The notes beneath the pieces are model-generated. The model had not been told where the DNA came from. It saw only the letters and a list, made by a program, of their open reading frames with translations, and searched no databases. A stretch of 64,000 bases of DNA. It comes from Octopus sinensis (Eukaryota). Within the stretch, counting starts at the first letter, position 1. Every line of letters starts with the position of its first letter. Positions 23,553 to 36,079 of this stretch are shown here, piece after piece. A program made the translations under genes and the position numbers. Location of the stretch: the NCBI RefSeq assembly GCF_006345805.1, contig NC_043001.1, positions 51,088,001-51,152,000 on the forward strand, given 5' to 3'.

Positions 23553-23835
23553 CTACTAGTAAAAGTTTGAAAAACATTACTCTGGAATTTTCCATTGAAT
23601 TTAAACAGCCATATGATGACAGCCAGTTTTCAAGCATCTGTAAACTGATAAAAGCAAGCTTGAAAGAAGTTCTTGAGAACCGCACAGATGTCTCTTGTCC
23701 TACAGGAGATTGTAAGTTAGTTGTAACAATTAATGGCAAAGCATGTGCTATAGATTCTCAAGATATAATTCGCAAGAAGAGAAGTACTTCAACTTCAAAT
23801 GTGGCTAATATTCAAGTTGGTATTAATGGAATAGT
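23553..23835 (+). CDS. Host gene exon D: SEA-like region with RKKR furin-type site
   Basis: Long polypyrimidine tract + AG|...|GTaagt, 283 nt, phase 1-2. ATSKSLKNITLEFSIEFKQ...CPTGDCKLVV...IIRKKRSTSTSNVANIQVGINGIV. Overlaps ORF 23567..23839. Confidence 0.85.
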
Positions 23836-23940
23836 GTAAGTATTATTTATCATGCTACCATGCACTGGATTAATAGAGAGAGAGAGCGACATGTACACAC
23901 ACGCACACACATTTATATATCTATATATGCATATATATAT

Positions 23941-24250
23941 ATAGAATGGTTGTATACTGTCAATCTAACAAGAACGTGACAGTAGGGGGTACACCACCGT
24001 TGTATAGCCCTAGGAGGCATCGAACGCCTCCTGACAGCTTCGACACATTTTTTCCCTGTGTCCTTATATACATATACGAAGGGGAGACAAACACTCCCGG
24101 CCGTCGGAACTGCATCTAGGGACACCGTGTTTCAGGAAAAAAATGTGTCGAAGCTGTCAGGAGGCATTTGATGCCTCCTAGGGCTATACAACAGTGGTGT
24201 ACCCCCTACTGTCACGTTCTTGTTAGATTGACAGTATACAACCATTCTAT
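23941..24250. mobile_element. Long-TIR foldback MITE (310 bp)
   Basis: ~118-bp near-perfect terminal inverted repeats (atagaatggttgtatactgtc... / ...gacagtatacaaccattctat) around a ~75-bp spacer. Confidence 0.9.
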
Positions 24251-24499
24251 CGCCCCACCACCATACATGTCTCTACAAGAGATTTAGAAATTCAATATTT
24301 CTTATATATATATATATATATATATATAGTCTGCAGTAATGAATCTATAAACAAACATATAAATTTTTTTCCTCTGAAGAGATTATGCTCAGAAATATGA
24401 ACTTGATATTTAATTCCTTCACTACTGTGTATAACTGAAACAGCTGTAAGAGATAATGATTGTGTTGTTGTTGATAATAAACTCTTATTAACTTCACAA

Positions 24500-24726
<227 letters not shown>

Positions 24727-25254
24727 GGTAAATGAAAAATGGAAGATGGAATATATGAGAATTTATTATTAATCATGACGATAGCTTCAACACATCTAGC
24801 ATCAATCCCTCATGGGTGGGATACTCAACAACTGGTTCAGGAGTATCCGGCAGTGCAGATGTATCGCATTGGGTGATAAATGAATACAACTCGTTAAACT
24901 AATGGTTCTGCAATGTAACTTCTCACTTTGTAGAAAGGAAAGTAGCCAGACAGAGGAAATATTTTCATTTATAGAAGATCAAAAATAAAGTCACAGATGG
25001 AAAAAAGAGAAATGAACATGCAATCCAACTAGAAAAGTATTAAAAATAACCGTTAACAAATATGGATGTATAAATGCCCTTGGGCAAGCTGCATGGTGCA
25101 CAAGCATCCACAAAAATGTGAGCATATGTGCACGTGAGGTTTGGTGCACTCATGATAACGAAGTGAGTTAACTATCTACTTGATGTAGATGGGGAGGTTA
25201 AAAGTAAACTGAAGTCATCCATACCTTAAAGTAAATTAAATTATGTTAATGGTT

Positions 25255-25652
25255 ACTCTTTTACTTGTTTCAGTCATTTGACTGCGGCCATGCTGGAGCA
25301 CCGCTTTTAGTCGAGCAAATCGACCTGGGACTTATTCTTTGTAAGCCCAGTACTTATTCTGTCGGTCTCTTTTGCTGAACCGCTAAGTGACGGGGACATA
25401 AACACACCAGCATCGGTTGTCAAGCAATGCTAGGGGGACAAACACAGACACACAAACACACACACACACATACATATATATATATACATATATACGACAG
25501 GCTTCTTTCAGTTTCTGTCTACCAAATCCACTCACAAGGCATTGGTCGGCCTGGGGCTATAGCAGAAGACACTTGCCCAAGATGCCACGCAGTGGGACTG
25601 AACCCGGAACCATGTTGTTGGTTAGCAAGCTACTTACCACACAGCCACTCCC
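25255..25652 (-). mobile_element. SINE family A, full length
   Basis: Same head, core and tail as 2158-2529. Confidence 0.85.
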
Positions 25653-25829
25653 ATTGCATTGTGCGGAAGTACATTTATATGTGTATAGGCATCTTGAGAG
25701 TTGTTCAGAAATTTTATTAATGAGCTTCTTGTTAGTCCACAGAATAGACAGAGATTCCTAGGAGCAGATTGGCATCTCCTGGAAATTATATTGTATGGTT
25801 TCGTGTGCCTTACAATTGACCTACTTATA

Positions 25830-26740
25830 CTGTACTACATTTTATCCTCCTTCAGTCGCCATACAAAATCTGCCAAAGATGTTGAATGTCTCTTATTGAT
25901 TGTCTTAAAGCTGGCAACATGGTTATGGCAATGATTCTTAAATGAATCAGCCATCTGCCCAATGTAAACATAATACCTTCCCCTTATGTGCATGGTACAT
26001 TTATATACACGATATGTACTCATACAGAGATTCATCAAAGGACATTTTGATTTTTCTCTGCATGAGCATTTATTATATTTATTTGTATATAAGGCAGTCT
26101 TGACTCCATTTACCAATGTTGTTACTGTGTTAGCTGTATCATAAGTATTTCTACTACTACAATTTGATCATAATTGGGGTTTATCATTGCACCTTATATC
26201 TCCTTGGTTGGTATTTAGATGCATATGTTTGCTAGATCCAATAGGTGTATTATTGAACCTTTGCTGCATTTTGCTATGTTTTATGCGATGCATAAACTGC
26301 TCTAAATCAGCAGAGTTGGCATAGGACACCGTCACAGTGTGTCGATTAAAAATAGCATGAAACTGATTAGATTTAGGAAAACACCAGTCCAAAGCAGCAA
26401 AAAATTTTCCAGTGGTCTTGGTTGAAACATGCGAACCGAAAACTGGGTTGAACCAGGGGACATCCTGATTCCTATATCTGTTGTTAGGCTTATTTGATAG
26501 AGTGTGTTGTACAGGATTATTATATCACATGTGTCTATGAGTTTTCATTGGTAGTTCATTGATATGATCATTTCTTCCTAGCCTGCATTCTTTATCTGAG
26601 TGAGTTCCCAAACCATGACAGTATGATGGTGTACAATGTGTATTACAATTGGAGGAAGTACCAGTGTTGTATACGCCTGCTTCTTGTATATATTGAATTT
26701 TTTTTATGGCACCCAGCCCTAGCTAGAGCAGCATTACAAA
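25830..26740 (-). mobile_element. Penelope-like element fragment (GIY-YIG end)
   Basis: FHAIFNRHTVTVSY followed by CSCREKSKCPL...VYKC...YVYIGQ...FK.H...SF...STSL..FVWRLK, the Penelope GIY-YIG signature. Confidence 0.75.
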
Positions 26741-26742
26741 TG

Positions 26743-27800
26743 TAAGACCTCCTCTAACACCTGCTTCATGAAATTACCACATTTCAGTGAAAGCATGTGA
26801 TTCAAAAATTTTTTGTTAGTGGATAATCCAGAAATTCTTGTAGAAATTTTCTTAACTAGTTGGATGCTACATTAATGTACCTAATATGATCATTTGATTT
26901 ATAAAACGGTTCCAATAATCCAATATTAAGACCAAAGGTAACATCAAGAAAATTCATTCTATGATAATCTTTACCCATAGTAATGCTTGTCTGAAATTAT
27001 TGAAAAGTCTAAAGAAATTTTTCCTATGCTTTCACTGAAATGTGGTAATTTCATGAAGCAATTGTTAGAGGAGGTCTTATGTCTGTGGCTCCTTTGATCC
27101 TTAAATCGATTCATTGCGGATGTTGGGTATCTGTTCATCTTCAGTACATCCATTAAGTGTGCAGTGTGAGTGATCTGGTCCTCTGTCTTGTTACAGTTAT
27201 TCCTAATATATGTAAATTCACTTCTTATGTGTCCAGTTTTAGCAACAAGGGGTAGGGCTGATCTATAATGCACAAACACGTCTCTGCTGGCAGCTTTCTT
27301 ATAGGAGTTGGTGTATATAATACCTTCATCTGTTATTCTAAGCTGGAAGTCTAGCAGAGACAAGGAACCAGTTTTATCGGGGTGTTCTGTGGTAAATTGT
27401 ATGTTGTTTTCTACATTTGAAAATGTTGTAGATATTTTGTCAGCCCCTTCAAAGGATGATGTGAGGATGAGAATGTCATCTATGTGTTGGGTGAAGAAAA
27501 CACAGGAGTGGCAGTTGTTGAGCACTCGACATTAATGTAGGTGATGGCTAGAAGGCCTGAAAGCCTGGATTCCATGGGTAGGCCTGTTGTTTGTTTGTAT
27601 GCGTGCTGGTAGGGAATGAAATTTGTATTCTCAACAATAACTGATAGAAGCTGATGTCTGTCTTGTGGAGTGAGGTCAAAGCAGTATATTTTGTATGAAA
27701 TGATGCACTCAGTTTGTATGTAGTTCAGTGGATAATGTTTAGGTTGTTAGCTGTGTAGCTTTCTCATGATAATTGGCAGAATGAATTTTGCGTGTAAATA
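26743..27800 (-). mobile_element. Penelope-like RT fragment with a short inverted terminal segment
   Basis: Frameshifted QT.GLPMGSRLSG, then IDDILIL...IQFTTE...LSLLD...YKK. 54-bp inverted repeat at 26743-26796 and 27026-27079. Confidence 0.75.
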
Positions 27801-28560
27801 GTTATTTGTGTACGTACTCTGTTAAAGTTTGTTAAGTTTTGGTTTGTACTTCTGTATAAAAGTATTTTCTTTGTTTATCCGTGCTTCATCTATGATATTC
27901 ACTGAACATAGGCTGAATGAGAAGACCTGGAATTTGGGAACTTATCTTTTGCACATATGTCCATGTGTCCACTCAGTGGAATCTGTTTAGTACTGGGGTC
28001 TCATATTTGTTATCAGTGAATAATCAGTCTATTTTATAGAGTAAGTTTTGTTTGACCAATATAATCTTCATTGCATCTTTGACTTTTGATAGCCTATATT
28101 AAATTACTTGAAGAACATATAAAGTGATTTTTTAGAGTAAAAGTCTGTCCTGATTTGAATTTGTATGTTGTATGTTGTGTCTTCAATATGATTGTGTATT
28201 TTGGATGCTTGTTTCATTCTTGGGTCCTGTTTTAGTAGTGGGATGTTCTAGTGGATAATATTGTAAAACTTTGTGCTTCTTGGGTTGTGTGTTGTAATAA
28301 AGGGTAGAGTATTGGATGTATTTGGAGTGTTTTTCGTTTTTTGTAGTCCTTCGATATTTATTGCTTTGGCATGTTCTATTCCATTGTCTAGTAACATTAA
28401 TGGATGCAGTCTTTCAAGTAGTACTTGTTTTTGTTCCTGGAGTCTTTTATTGTGAGTTTCAGAGTTTGAGACAATTGTACAGATTCTTCTTGCTAAATTA
28501 AAGATATTATTCTTTGTGCAATTGGGATGGCATGAGGAGAACAGTAAGTATTGTCTCAAA
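27800..28560 (-). mobile_element. Penelope-like fragment (post-RT region and GIY-YIG)
   Basis: RQYLLFSSCHP..TKNNI.NLARRICTIVS...PFITTHNP, followed by degenerate EDYIGQ GIY-YIG region. Confidence 0.75.
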
Positions 28561-28844
28561 CCCCGAAACTCTCCAATACAATGGTAGTTTGGCCATTGTT
28601 GGCTTCACTCATAAGTAATTAATGATATCTAACTACACAGTACTTCAACAGGGGAGACAATCATGTATAGTGTACTGAGAATTGTGACTGCTCCACTGTT
28701 CACTACATATGCTGTGCACCTGAAACTATTAAGTAGTGATATTTCAGTGGCACAGATATGTGTTATACACCAGCATCAATTACTTAGATGTTCAGCATGT
28801 GTGAACCATAAGACACTGATGTAAGATGAGAATGATTTCTTGCT

Positions 28845-29084
28845 TTAACCCTTTAGCATTTGAACTGGCCATAATTGGTTCAAATATTCTACCTTATTTT
28901 ATATCAAAACTAGCCAGATCCAGCCTCCAACATCTACCCTACACTGTCATTCTAAAAATTAACAATCACAACTTCAAAATCTCAAAGCTGCGAGATAATG
29001 CATGATTATGAATGAATAAGCATTATTCAATATGAATGAATAAGCATTACTTTTGACAGACTAATTAGAATGTAAAAGGGTTAA
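28845..29084. mobile_element. piggyBac-type MITE
   Basis: TTAA-CCCTTTAGCATT ... AATGTAAAAGGG-TTAA (TTAA TSD, CCCT termini). Confidence 0.75.
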
Positions 29085-29099
29085 AAATAAGAAGGGCAT

Positions 29100-30170
29100 C
29101 TATTAAATATGTCCAATGACAAGATAAAGTCAAGACCACTGGGCATGTATGAAAACACAGGAGATATTCAAAACGGCTAAAGGGCTCTACAAATCTTGCA
29201 ATGCCATCTATCTTGGTGTAAGGGATAATAATGCACTATAACAGTTGTTTGTCCCGTATCATCACTTCCAGTTTTGCATGGCAGTATTTTTTACACATGC
29301 ATCAGTTGCCTCTTATTGGCCTATTGCCAGCAACTTTTGAAGCTGCCTAAATTTGAGGTTCTAAAAGGATTTGGTAGCGCACAAATGTGTACTGTAGACC
29401 TTATGTAATATTGGCATCTATTAAGTCTCTGCAGCACATTTATTAACTTTATTTTCATAAAGACAATTCCCACCTAAAGGACTAATATTGGCACTTCTAA
29501 AATTACATCCAATTACATCTGTTTATTTACCATTGGTTTGACAATCTGGATGCACTGTTATGTTAGGTATTTGTTCACTCGTATACTTCTATGTACAATG
29601 TTCAAGTTTTTGGAAGAGATTTTTGTGAGGAGTTCATTACTGCTACTAGGGTTATTAGAAGTCACATTATTGTTGTACTCACTATTTAACTCTCCTCTAT
29701 CAGTGGGTTCAGTTTCACTATATAAGTTATTTTGATCTCCATAAGTCAAAGTTGATCATGTGGATGTGTTGTTCTTATTATTCCCTATACCAGATACTAA
29801 TCTCAAATTTAAATGCATTCCACTACTAATGTTGTTACCATTGTTCATTTTCCTACTATTAGATGCTGCTTTATTATCATCTGTGTTAAGAGTGATAGAA
29901 TAGTAAAGCTTAATTGTATGTGTGTTGAAAAATCAGGTGACATATGCATTGCAGTGAAAAGGTTTTCTTGAGTATTTCAATGAATATGTTCAGTAAAGGT
30001 GTTTTAACCAGTGAGGAAAATGGTGGATTATTCCAGGTGAAAATTTTCTTTTTATTGCTTTTCTTTTTAGTCATAGATGAATCACAATTAGTGATATATC
30101 TATATATTGGTAGGTTCAAGCCTTCACACTTGAAAGTTCTCTACATAACTACAGTCCTATGATTCTACTA
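29100..30170 (-). mobile_element. Degenerate Penelope-like fragment
   Basis: KIFTWNNPPFSSLVKT..L.IF..IL.K.F resembles the Penelope W.NPPF...VKT motif; decayed GIY-YIG region follows. Confidence 0.6.
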
Positions 30171-30297
30171 TTTCTCATCCTCTCTAATCAAACACACACA
30201 TACTTCCAAGAAATGCAATCCAATTATGTTTTATTATATTTAGTAATAAGGTTATATAGTTTTCTTTACAATTATTTTATATATAAATTTATTTCAG

Positions 30298-30382
30298 TTT
30301 AAATCCATCTCAGAACCAGAGCACTAATTTGACACAAGATATGATTGTAGCATTAATTGGTAACAATGAACTTAACACACAG
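30298..30382 (+). CDS. Host gene exon E
   Basis: atttcAG|...cag|GTaatt, 85 nt, phase 2-0. LNPSQNQSTNLTQDMIVALIGNNELNTQ exactly bridges exon D (ends phase 2) and exon F (starts phase 0). Confidence 0.75.
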
Positions 30383-31773
30383 GTAATTTACACAACTTTG
30401 TTATTTTTACTTATTTATAAAAAAATTGTTGGTAGAACTTTGCTTTAAGCACACATATAACCTCATAACTATTTCATTTTTTGAGCTTTTCAGAAAATTT
30501 TTACGAATTTGTATTGTAAACATGGGAACTCATACAATCATGCAAAAACTAAATAAAAAAATTTTTTGGTGTGTGATTTAAGGGCTGTTATTTTCAGCAT
30601 GTCTCACAACCACCTCATACCCTCCTCACTTCTTTGTCAGTCTGACGTATTGATGTTTTTCAATATCTTTCTCCCTATAAGCACAATCAATGGTTTATTG
30701 CTGGGATTTAAACCAAAACTTCAGACTATTCATATTTTAAACTGTGATTTAAAAAGAAAAGTTTTAAAAGGTTTTTAAAATCAAAAAGAAATTTCAAAAA
30801 CTTTTAAATATTTTTTTTGTTCATAGTTGAGTGAATTCTTGTGTGTAGAATACAAATTTACAAAACTTTTCTGAAAATTCCAGAAAAATAGAAAAATTTA
30901 TAAGGGGTTGTATGGCATGCTTAAAGCAGAATTTGACCAATTTCATTTTTTTTTTTTTGCTGAATCAAGGAGGAATAACAACATTCATGACACTTTTCAG
31001 GGCCTTCTAGACTTGATGGAAGAAGGCAAGATCCAAGTGGTGGTGTCAAATAGGGCAGCCAACGGATTAATGAGAACTGCCCATCTGATGGATTTGTAAA
31101 TAGTTTCCATCTATTAAAGTTTGCTCACAGATTATCCATCAAGTGACTGAAAACTTATCCAAAATAGATCCCTACTCAAAGAACTGTGTATTTAGACAGA
31201 ACCCAAACTATATGGTTGTGAAACAAACTTCTTAACCATGTATTCTTGCCTGTGCCTACGTTGTCAGAAGAAAGCCTTGAGTCAGATGGAACAATATTTA
31301 CTTTCACTGCTCTGTACTCTTTATTCATGTCACTTCTATCTTAACTAAACAAAAATAAATACCTGTACTATAGCAGTGGCAGTGAATTGGCAGAATCGGT
31401 AGAGCATCAGATAAAACACTTTGTGACATTTACACTCTGAGATCAAATCTCTTCAAGGATAACTTTTAATTTCATCCTTTGAATTTTTCAGTAAATAAAA
31501 TACGAATCAGTATAACTCTTTTTCACTTTAGTGAAACTGCCTGAAATTGCATCATGAGAAGAGAAGTGGATAGACCATACAATGGGCTTCAACATAGTTT
31601 CTGTTTCCCCAAATTCATTCACAAGACATTAATTGGTCCAGAGGACACTTGACCAGGTGCTGCTCAGTGAAACTGAACCTAAAACTATGTCGCTGTGAAG
31701 CATGATTCTTAACCACACAGCCATGTCGGTGCCTATTAATGATTATTTTTGTTTTTGTTTCCTTTCTCTCCAG

Positions 31774-31867
31774 CTGAGTGCAATGAATGCAAGTTTGGTC
31801 TTGTCTTCAGTAAAGCCTCAAGTAGTTAGTTATTGCACTGCAGGTGTTTTACAGGGATCAAGCTGTG
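31774..31867 (+). CDS. Host gene exon F
   Basis: ttctctccAG|...|GTaagt, 94 nt, phase 0-1. LSAMNASLVLSSVKPQVVSYCTAGVLQGSSC is a C..G.....C linker leading into the GCC domain. Confidence 0.8.
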
Positions 31868-31914
31868 GTAAGTAAAAAAAAAAATACTGATATTTCAATA
31901 AGACTATTGTTGGT

Positions 31915-32095
31915 GATGTCATCATCATCATCGTCATCATCATCATCATCACCATCATCATCACTATCATCATCATCATCATCATCATCACTGTCGTTCT
32001 CATCTTTATCGTTGTTGTTGTCATTATAATTGTCATTCATAGCCAACATCACCATTATTCTTAACACTTTTCTTCCTATCATCATCATCATTCCT
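31915..32095. repeat. (CAT)n microsatellite
   Basis: Direct reading. Confidence 0.9.
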
Positions 32096-32639
32096 GATTA
32101 CTATCTTTATTTATAACCACCACCACTCGCCCTCCCTTTCATTTCTTTCCTCCTTTTCCTTTTCTTCCTCCCCTTCCTTTCCAACTCCTCCACCTTCCTC
32201 CTCTTCATTCCATTCCTCCTTCTGTCTCCCCCTCATTATTTTATGTCCGTCTTCCATCTTGGCATAGATTGAATGAATTATTATGGTCCATGTCAGCTCC
32301 TATTTGGTGTTACTGGCCACCAAGATGGACTGTAGGATCACATCTCACTTGTATGATGATCCGTTTAACAGGGTTTTAAGGCTGGCTGTCCTTCCTAACA
32401 CCAACTACTTTAGTGAGCATACTGGGTGCATTGTATGATTTTATAATAGCACCAAACACTTGAAAGGTTGTCATGTCTTTGACAAAACTAAATTCTAAAT
32501 ACTATTAGCACTATCCACCTGCTCCCAGACAGGTTTACAGAGTGGACTGCTAGGAAATGAACCTAAATGAGGCCGTTGTTTACCACCAATAAGCGAAAAA
32601 TGTTGAGACACAAGGCAAATACAAGATCACAAACACTCA

Positions 32640-33000
32640 TGTGCACACACCACATACACACACCATATACACACATACACACATGCACACACACCACACA
32701 CTCAAGCACACACCACACACACAAACACACACATACACACACACACGTTACACACAAAATCACACACGCACACCATATACATCATACACACATCAAGCAC
32801 ACACACATGCACACACATACACATACCACACACACGCACCACATATCAAACACATCACACACGCATGCACACACACCACACAACAGACACACATAAACCA
32901 TACACACATGCACAAACACCCTCATACCCACACATACACCATACACATAAACACCCCACATGCACACATGCATACACATACACACACCATATACACACAT
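32640..33000. repeat. CA-rich degenerate simple repeat
   Basis: Direct reading; source of the His/Thr-rich pseudo-ORFs. Confidence 0.9.
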
Positions 33001-33059
33001 ACAATAGCCTTCTTAGTAACATCAGTTTTGGCTCAGTCCCAATGTGTGGCACCTTGGCA

Positions 33060-33230
33060 CCACTACACATTCTTTATTTTCTCTCCTTGTTTCTCTCTGT
33101 GTTCCTTTCTGTAGAAGAGCTTAGGCTCGAAATGTTAAAGACTTTTCCACTTCCCGAGTGTTATACTAATACATCTGTTTGTTGTCTACACTACCTGTCT
33201 TCATCTTTTATTTTTTTGTGAATTCTCCCT
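33060..33230 (+). mobile_element. Penelope-LTR-like short repeat with a degenerate minimal hammerhead motif
   Basis: cttt-CTGTAGA-aGAGC-ttag-GCTC-GAAA-tgtt-aaag at 33105-33140. A more decayed minus-strand copy lies at ~39535-39575. Confidence 0.45.
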
Positions 33231-33384
33231 ATATATATATATATGTATGTATATATGTATGTGTATATATATATGTATGTATATATGTATGTGTATATAT
33301 ATATGTATGTATATATGTATGTATATATATACATGTATATGTATGTATATGTATATATATATGTATGTATATATATATATACAT

Positions 33385-33618
33385 AGGCGGCGAGCTGGCA
33401 GACACGTTAGCGCACCGGGTGAAATGCTTAGCGGTATTTCATCTGTTGTTACGTTCTGAGTTCAAATTCCGCCGAGGTCAACTTTGCCTTTCGTCCTTTC
33501 GGGGTCGATAAATAAAGTACCAGTTTCGCACTGGGGGTGATATAATCGACTCAATCCCTTCGTCTGTCCTTGTTTGTCCCTTCTATGTTTATCCCCTTGT
33601 GGGCAGTAAAGAAATATA
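33385..33618 (+). mobile_element. SINE family B (Tx1-like tail)
   Basis: ggcggcgagctggcagacacgttagc...ccccttgtgggcagtaaagaaa then (TA)n. Confidence 0.85.
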
Positions 33619-33714
33619 TATATACATGTATGTATGTATGTATGTATGTGTGTATGTATGTATGTATGTGTGTGTATGTGTATGCGCACACACATGTGTG
33701 TGAGTATGTGTGAA

Positions 33715-33945
33715 TATGTCTTTGTGTCTGTGTTTGTCCCTCCCCATCACCACTTGACAATCGATGTTGGTGTGTTTACATTCCCCGTAACTTAGCAGTT
33801 CAGCAAAAGAGACCGATAGATTATGTGCTAGGCTTAAAAAAATAAATTAAATACTGGAGTTGATTCATTTGACTAAAATTTTAAGGTGGTGCTCTAGTAT
33901 GGCTGCAGTCTAATGACTGAAACAAGTAAAAAATAAAAGAAGGAT
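33715..33945 (+). mobile_element. SINE family A, 3' half
   Basis: cttgacaatcgatgttggtgtg...gactgaaacaagtaaaa. Confidence 0.75.
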
Positions 33946-34499
33946 ATATAACTATTACTTAACTATCCTCTCACACCATCTCCGATGAAGGGAAATAATA
34001 AATATCCTGGAAACGGCTGTAAGACCTATCTATCAATGTTCTAAAATCTACTCAGCCTTGGTTTTTTATCTCATTACGGAAAAATTTTTTTTAGATTTAT
34101 GTATATCAACATTATTATCATCATCAACATCATCATCATCATTTACTGTCCCTTCTTACAAGCTGGCATTGTTGGACTACTATCTATATATAGACAGATT
34201 GATAGACATCTGGATGGATAAATCAAATAATGAATTTAGCACATCTATGTTATAATTTTATTTAAGTGATTTTGTTCAGAAAGTTACACAATATGTGTAG
34301 CTGATTATGTTGGAGTAGCACTTCATCAGGCCAGCACAAAAGTCTGTTTGTCTGTCTGTCTGTCTAACTGCAAGCCTGCCTGCCAGCTTGTCTGACTATC
34401 TGTCTTTCTGTATCTATGAATGAATGTATTTATTTTGTATTTATGTATGTATGTTTTCATCCCAAGTATGACTTTACATTGCATCTGGTGTGGGCCCTA

Positions 34500-34960
34500 T
34501 TTTTGGGGTTCCAAGATTTTATCACTCTTGGCCATTATTGTTCCCAGGCCTACGCTGACAAAGAGTAGTAGCACCTGTCAGAGTCCCAACTATAGGTTAA
34601 TTAGCATATTAAGGCTTGCCTACCTATGCATGTGAAGACTGGATCTGGTAGGCTCTGTGGAAGAAACCTTCATGGTTCAACAGAAGAGAAGATGGCTGCA
34701 GCAATGCATTGTGGAGTGCAGAGAGCAAGATGAACGTACTAAAACATCTTGGTCATCCACTGCATCTGTCTCCATCCCCAGTCATCTTGACCTGGTCTGG
34801 CTACTGTATTGAAGATTATCATGAATGAGAGAGTGAGGTCAACAGTGTGCAACTCTCCTTCACTATAAACAAAGTCACTGTGTAGGTCATCGGTCATTCC
34901 TAATGATCACTCGATGGTCATCATTGCTCCAATGGATGAACATGGATGTATGTATTTATG
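34500..34960 (-). mobile_element. Highly decayed RTE-like RT fragment
   Basis: Short residual similarity only (WRQMQWMTKMF next to the expected DD region). Confidence 0.25.
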
Positions 34961-35045
34961 TATATATGCATGTGTATGCACATGTGTGTGTGTGGTGGGG
35001 TATATTTTTTGGATTAACTTCTATTTTCTTTTAATTCTTTTTCAG

Positions 35046-35207
35046 TTGAAGCTGGCCCTGGGACATTTTGGTCCAGTAAGCACAATACTGTGAAATCATG
35101 TCCAAAGGGCACATACCAGCCAAATTCCAGAAGTAGTAGCTGTAATAATTGTACAAGTGGTAAAACTACTGAAACAATTCAATCTGTCCAGGAAAGTGAA
35201 TGCAAAG
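35046..35207 (+). CDS. Host gene exon G: GCC2/GCC3 (ephrin-receptor-like) repeat 1
   Basis: ttcttttcAG|...|GTaggt, 162 nt, phase 1-1. VEAGPGTFW...SCPKGTYQPNSRSSSCNNCTSGKTTETIQSVQESECK has the CP.GTYQ...C..C..G.TT...S...C consensus. Confidence 0.9.
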
Positions 35208-35719
35208 GTAGGTGTGAACTTGTGTTTATTATAGTTATTAAACCCAGGTCAGTCCTGATCAGTCAAACCTGTGGTCAAAAGATTTCTAGCTATTATTTCT
35301 ATCATCCTATCATTTTTGGAATTATGGATTATTGTCCCACTCTTTCTAAACTGATATAAAACTATATATGTTGTGATGTGAAGGAGGAAAAAGACGGAAG
35401 CAAAGAGAGAATTGCAGTAGTCTTACCTGTCGGTCCAGAAAGGGTTGCTCACAATGACCACGTGCTCTGTCTCAATCAGCAAGATTCACTCAATGTCCAT
35501 GTGCTCTATCCATCACTGTACCATCTAACACACCTGCTCTCATGCACTGTCCGCCACCAACTGACTGCTCGCGCCTTGCTGACTCTGCATGCCCACCATG
35601 GCCTATCCGTGGGACTCACAGGCCCCACTTCCGACAGGACATGTCTACTCCCTCACTTTCAGACCTTTCCTACAACACAGCCTGGCTCATAACACCACAT
35701 GTATATATATATATATATA

Positions 35720-36075
35720 TCATCATCATCATCATCATCATCATCATTTAGCGTCCGCTTTCCATGCTAGCATGGGTTGGACGGTTCAACTGGGGTCTGT
35801 GAAGCTGGAAGGCTTCGTAAGGCCCAGTCAGATCTGGCAGTGTTTCTACGGCTGGATGCCCTTCCTAATGCCAACCACTCCGTGAGTGTAGTGGGTGCTT
35901 TTTACGTGCCACCTGCACAGGTGCCAGACAGAGCTGGCAACGGCCACGAACGGATGGTGCTTTTACGTGTCACCGGCACGGGGCCAGGCGATGCTGGCAA
36001 CGGACACGAACGGATGGTGCTTTTACGTGCCACCGACACGGGGCCAGACAGAGCTGGCAAGGTGAAGGGTGACTA
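35720..36075 (-). mobile_element. RTE 3' UTR copy ((GAT)n tail, short minisatellite)
   Basis: (CAT)n-ttagcgtccgctttccatgctagcatgggttggacgg...ctggatgcccttcctaatgccaacc with ~60-bp repeat units. Confidence 0.8.
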
Positions 36076-36079
36076 GGAA

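Noticed and set aside
32567-33511. His/Thr-rich and Tyr/Ile/Val-rich ORFs here and at other microsatellites
   Set aside because: Translations of CA, TA and TATG simple repeats.
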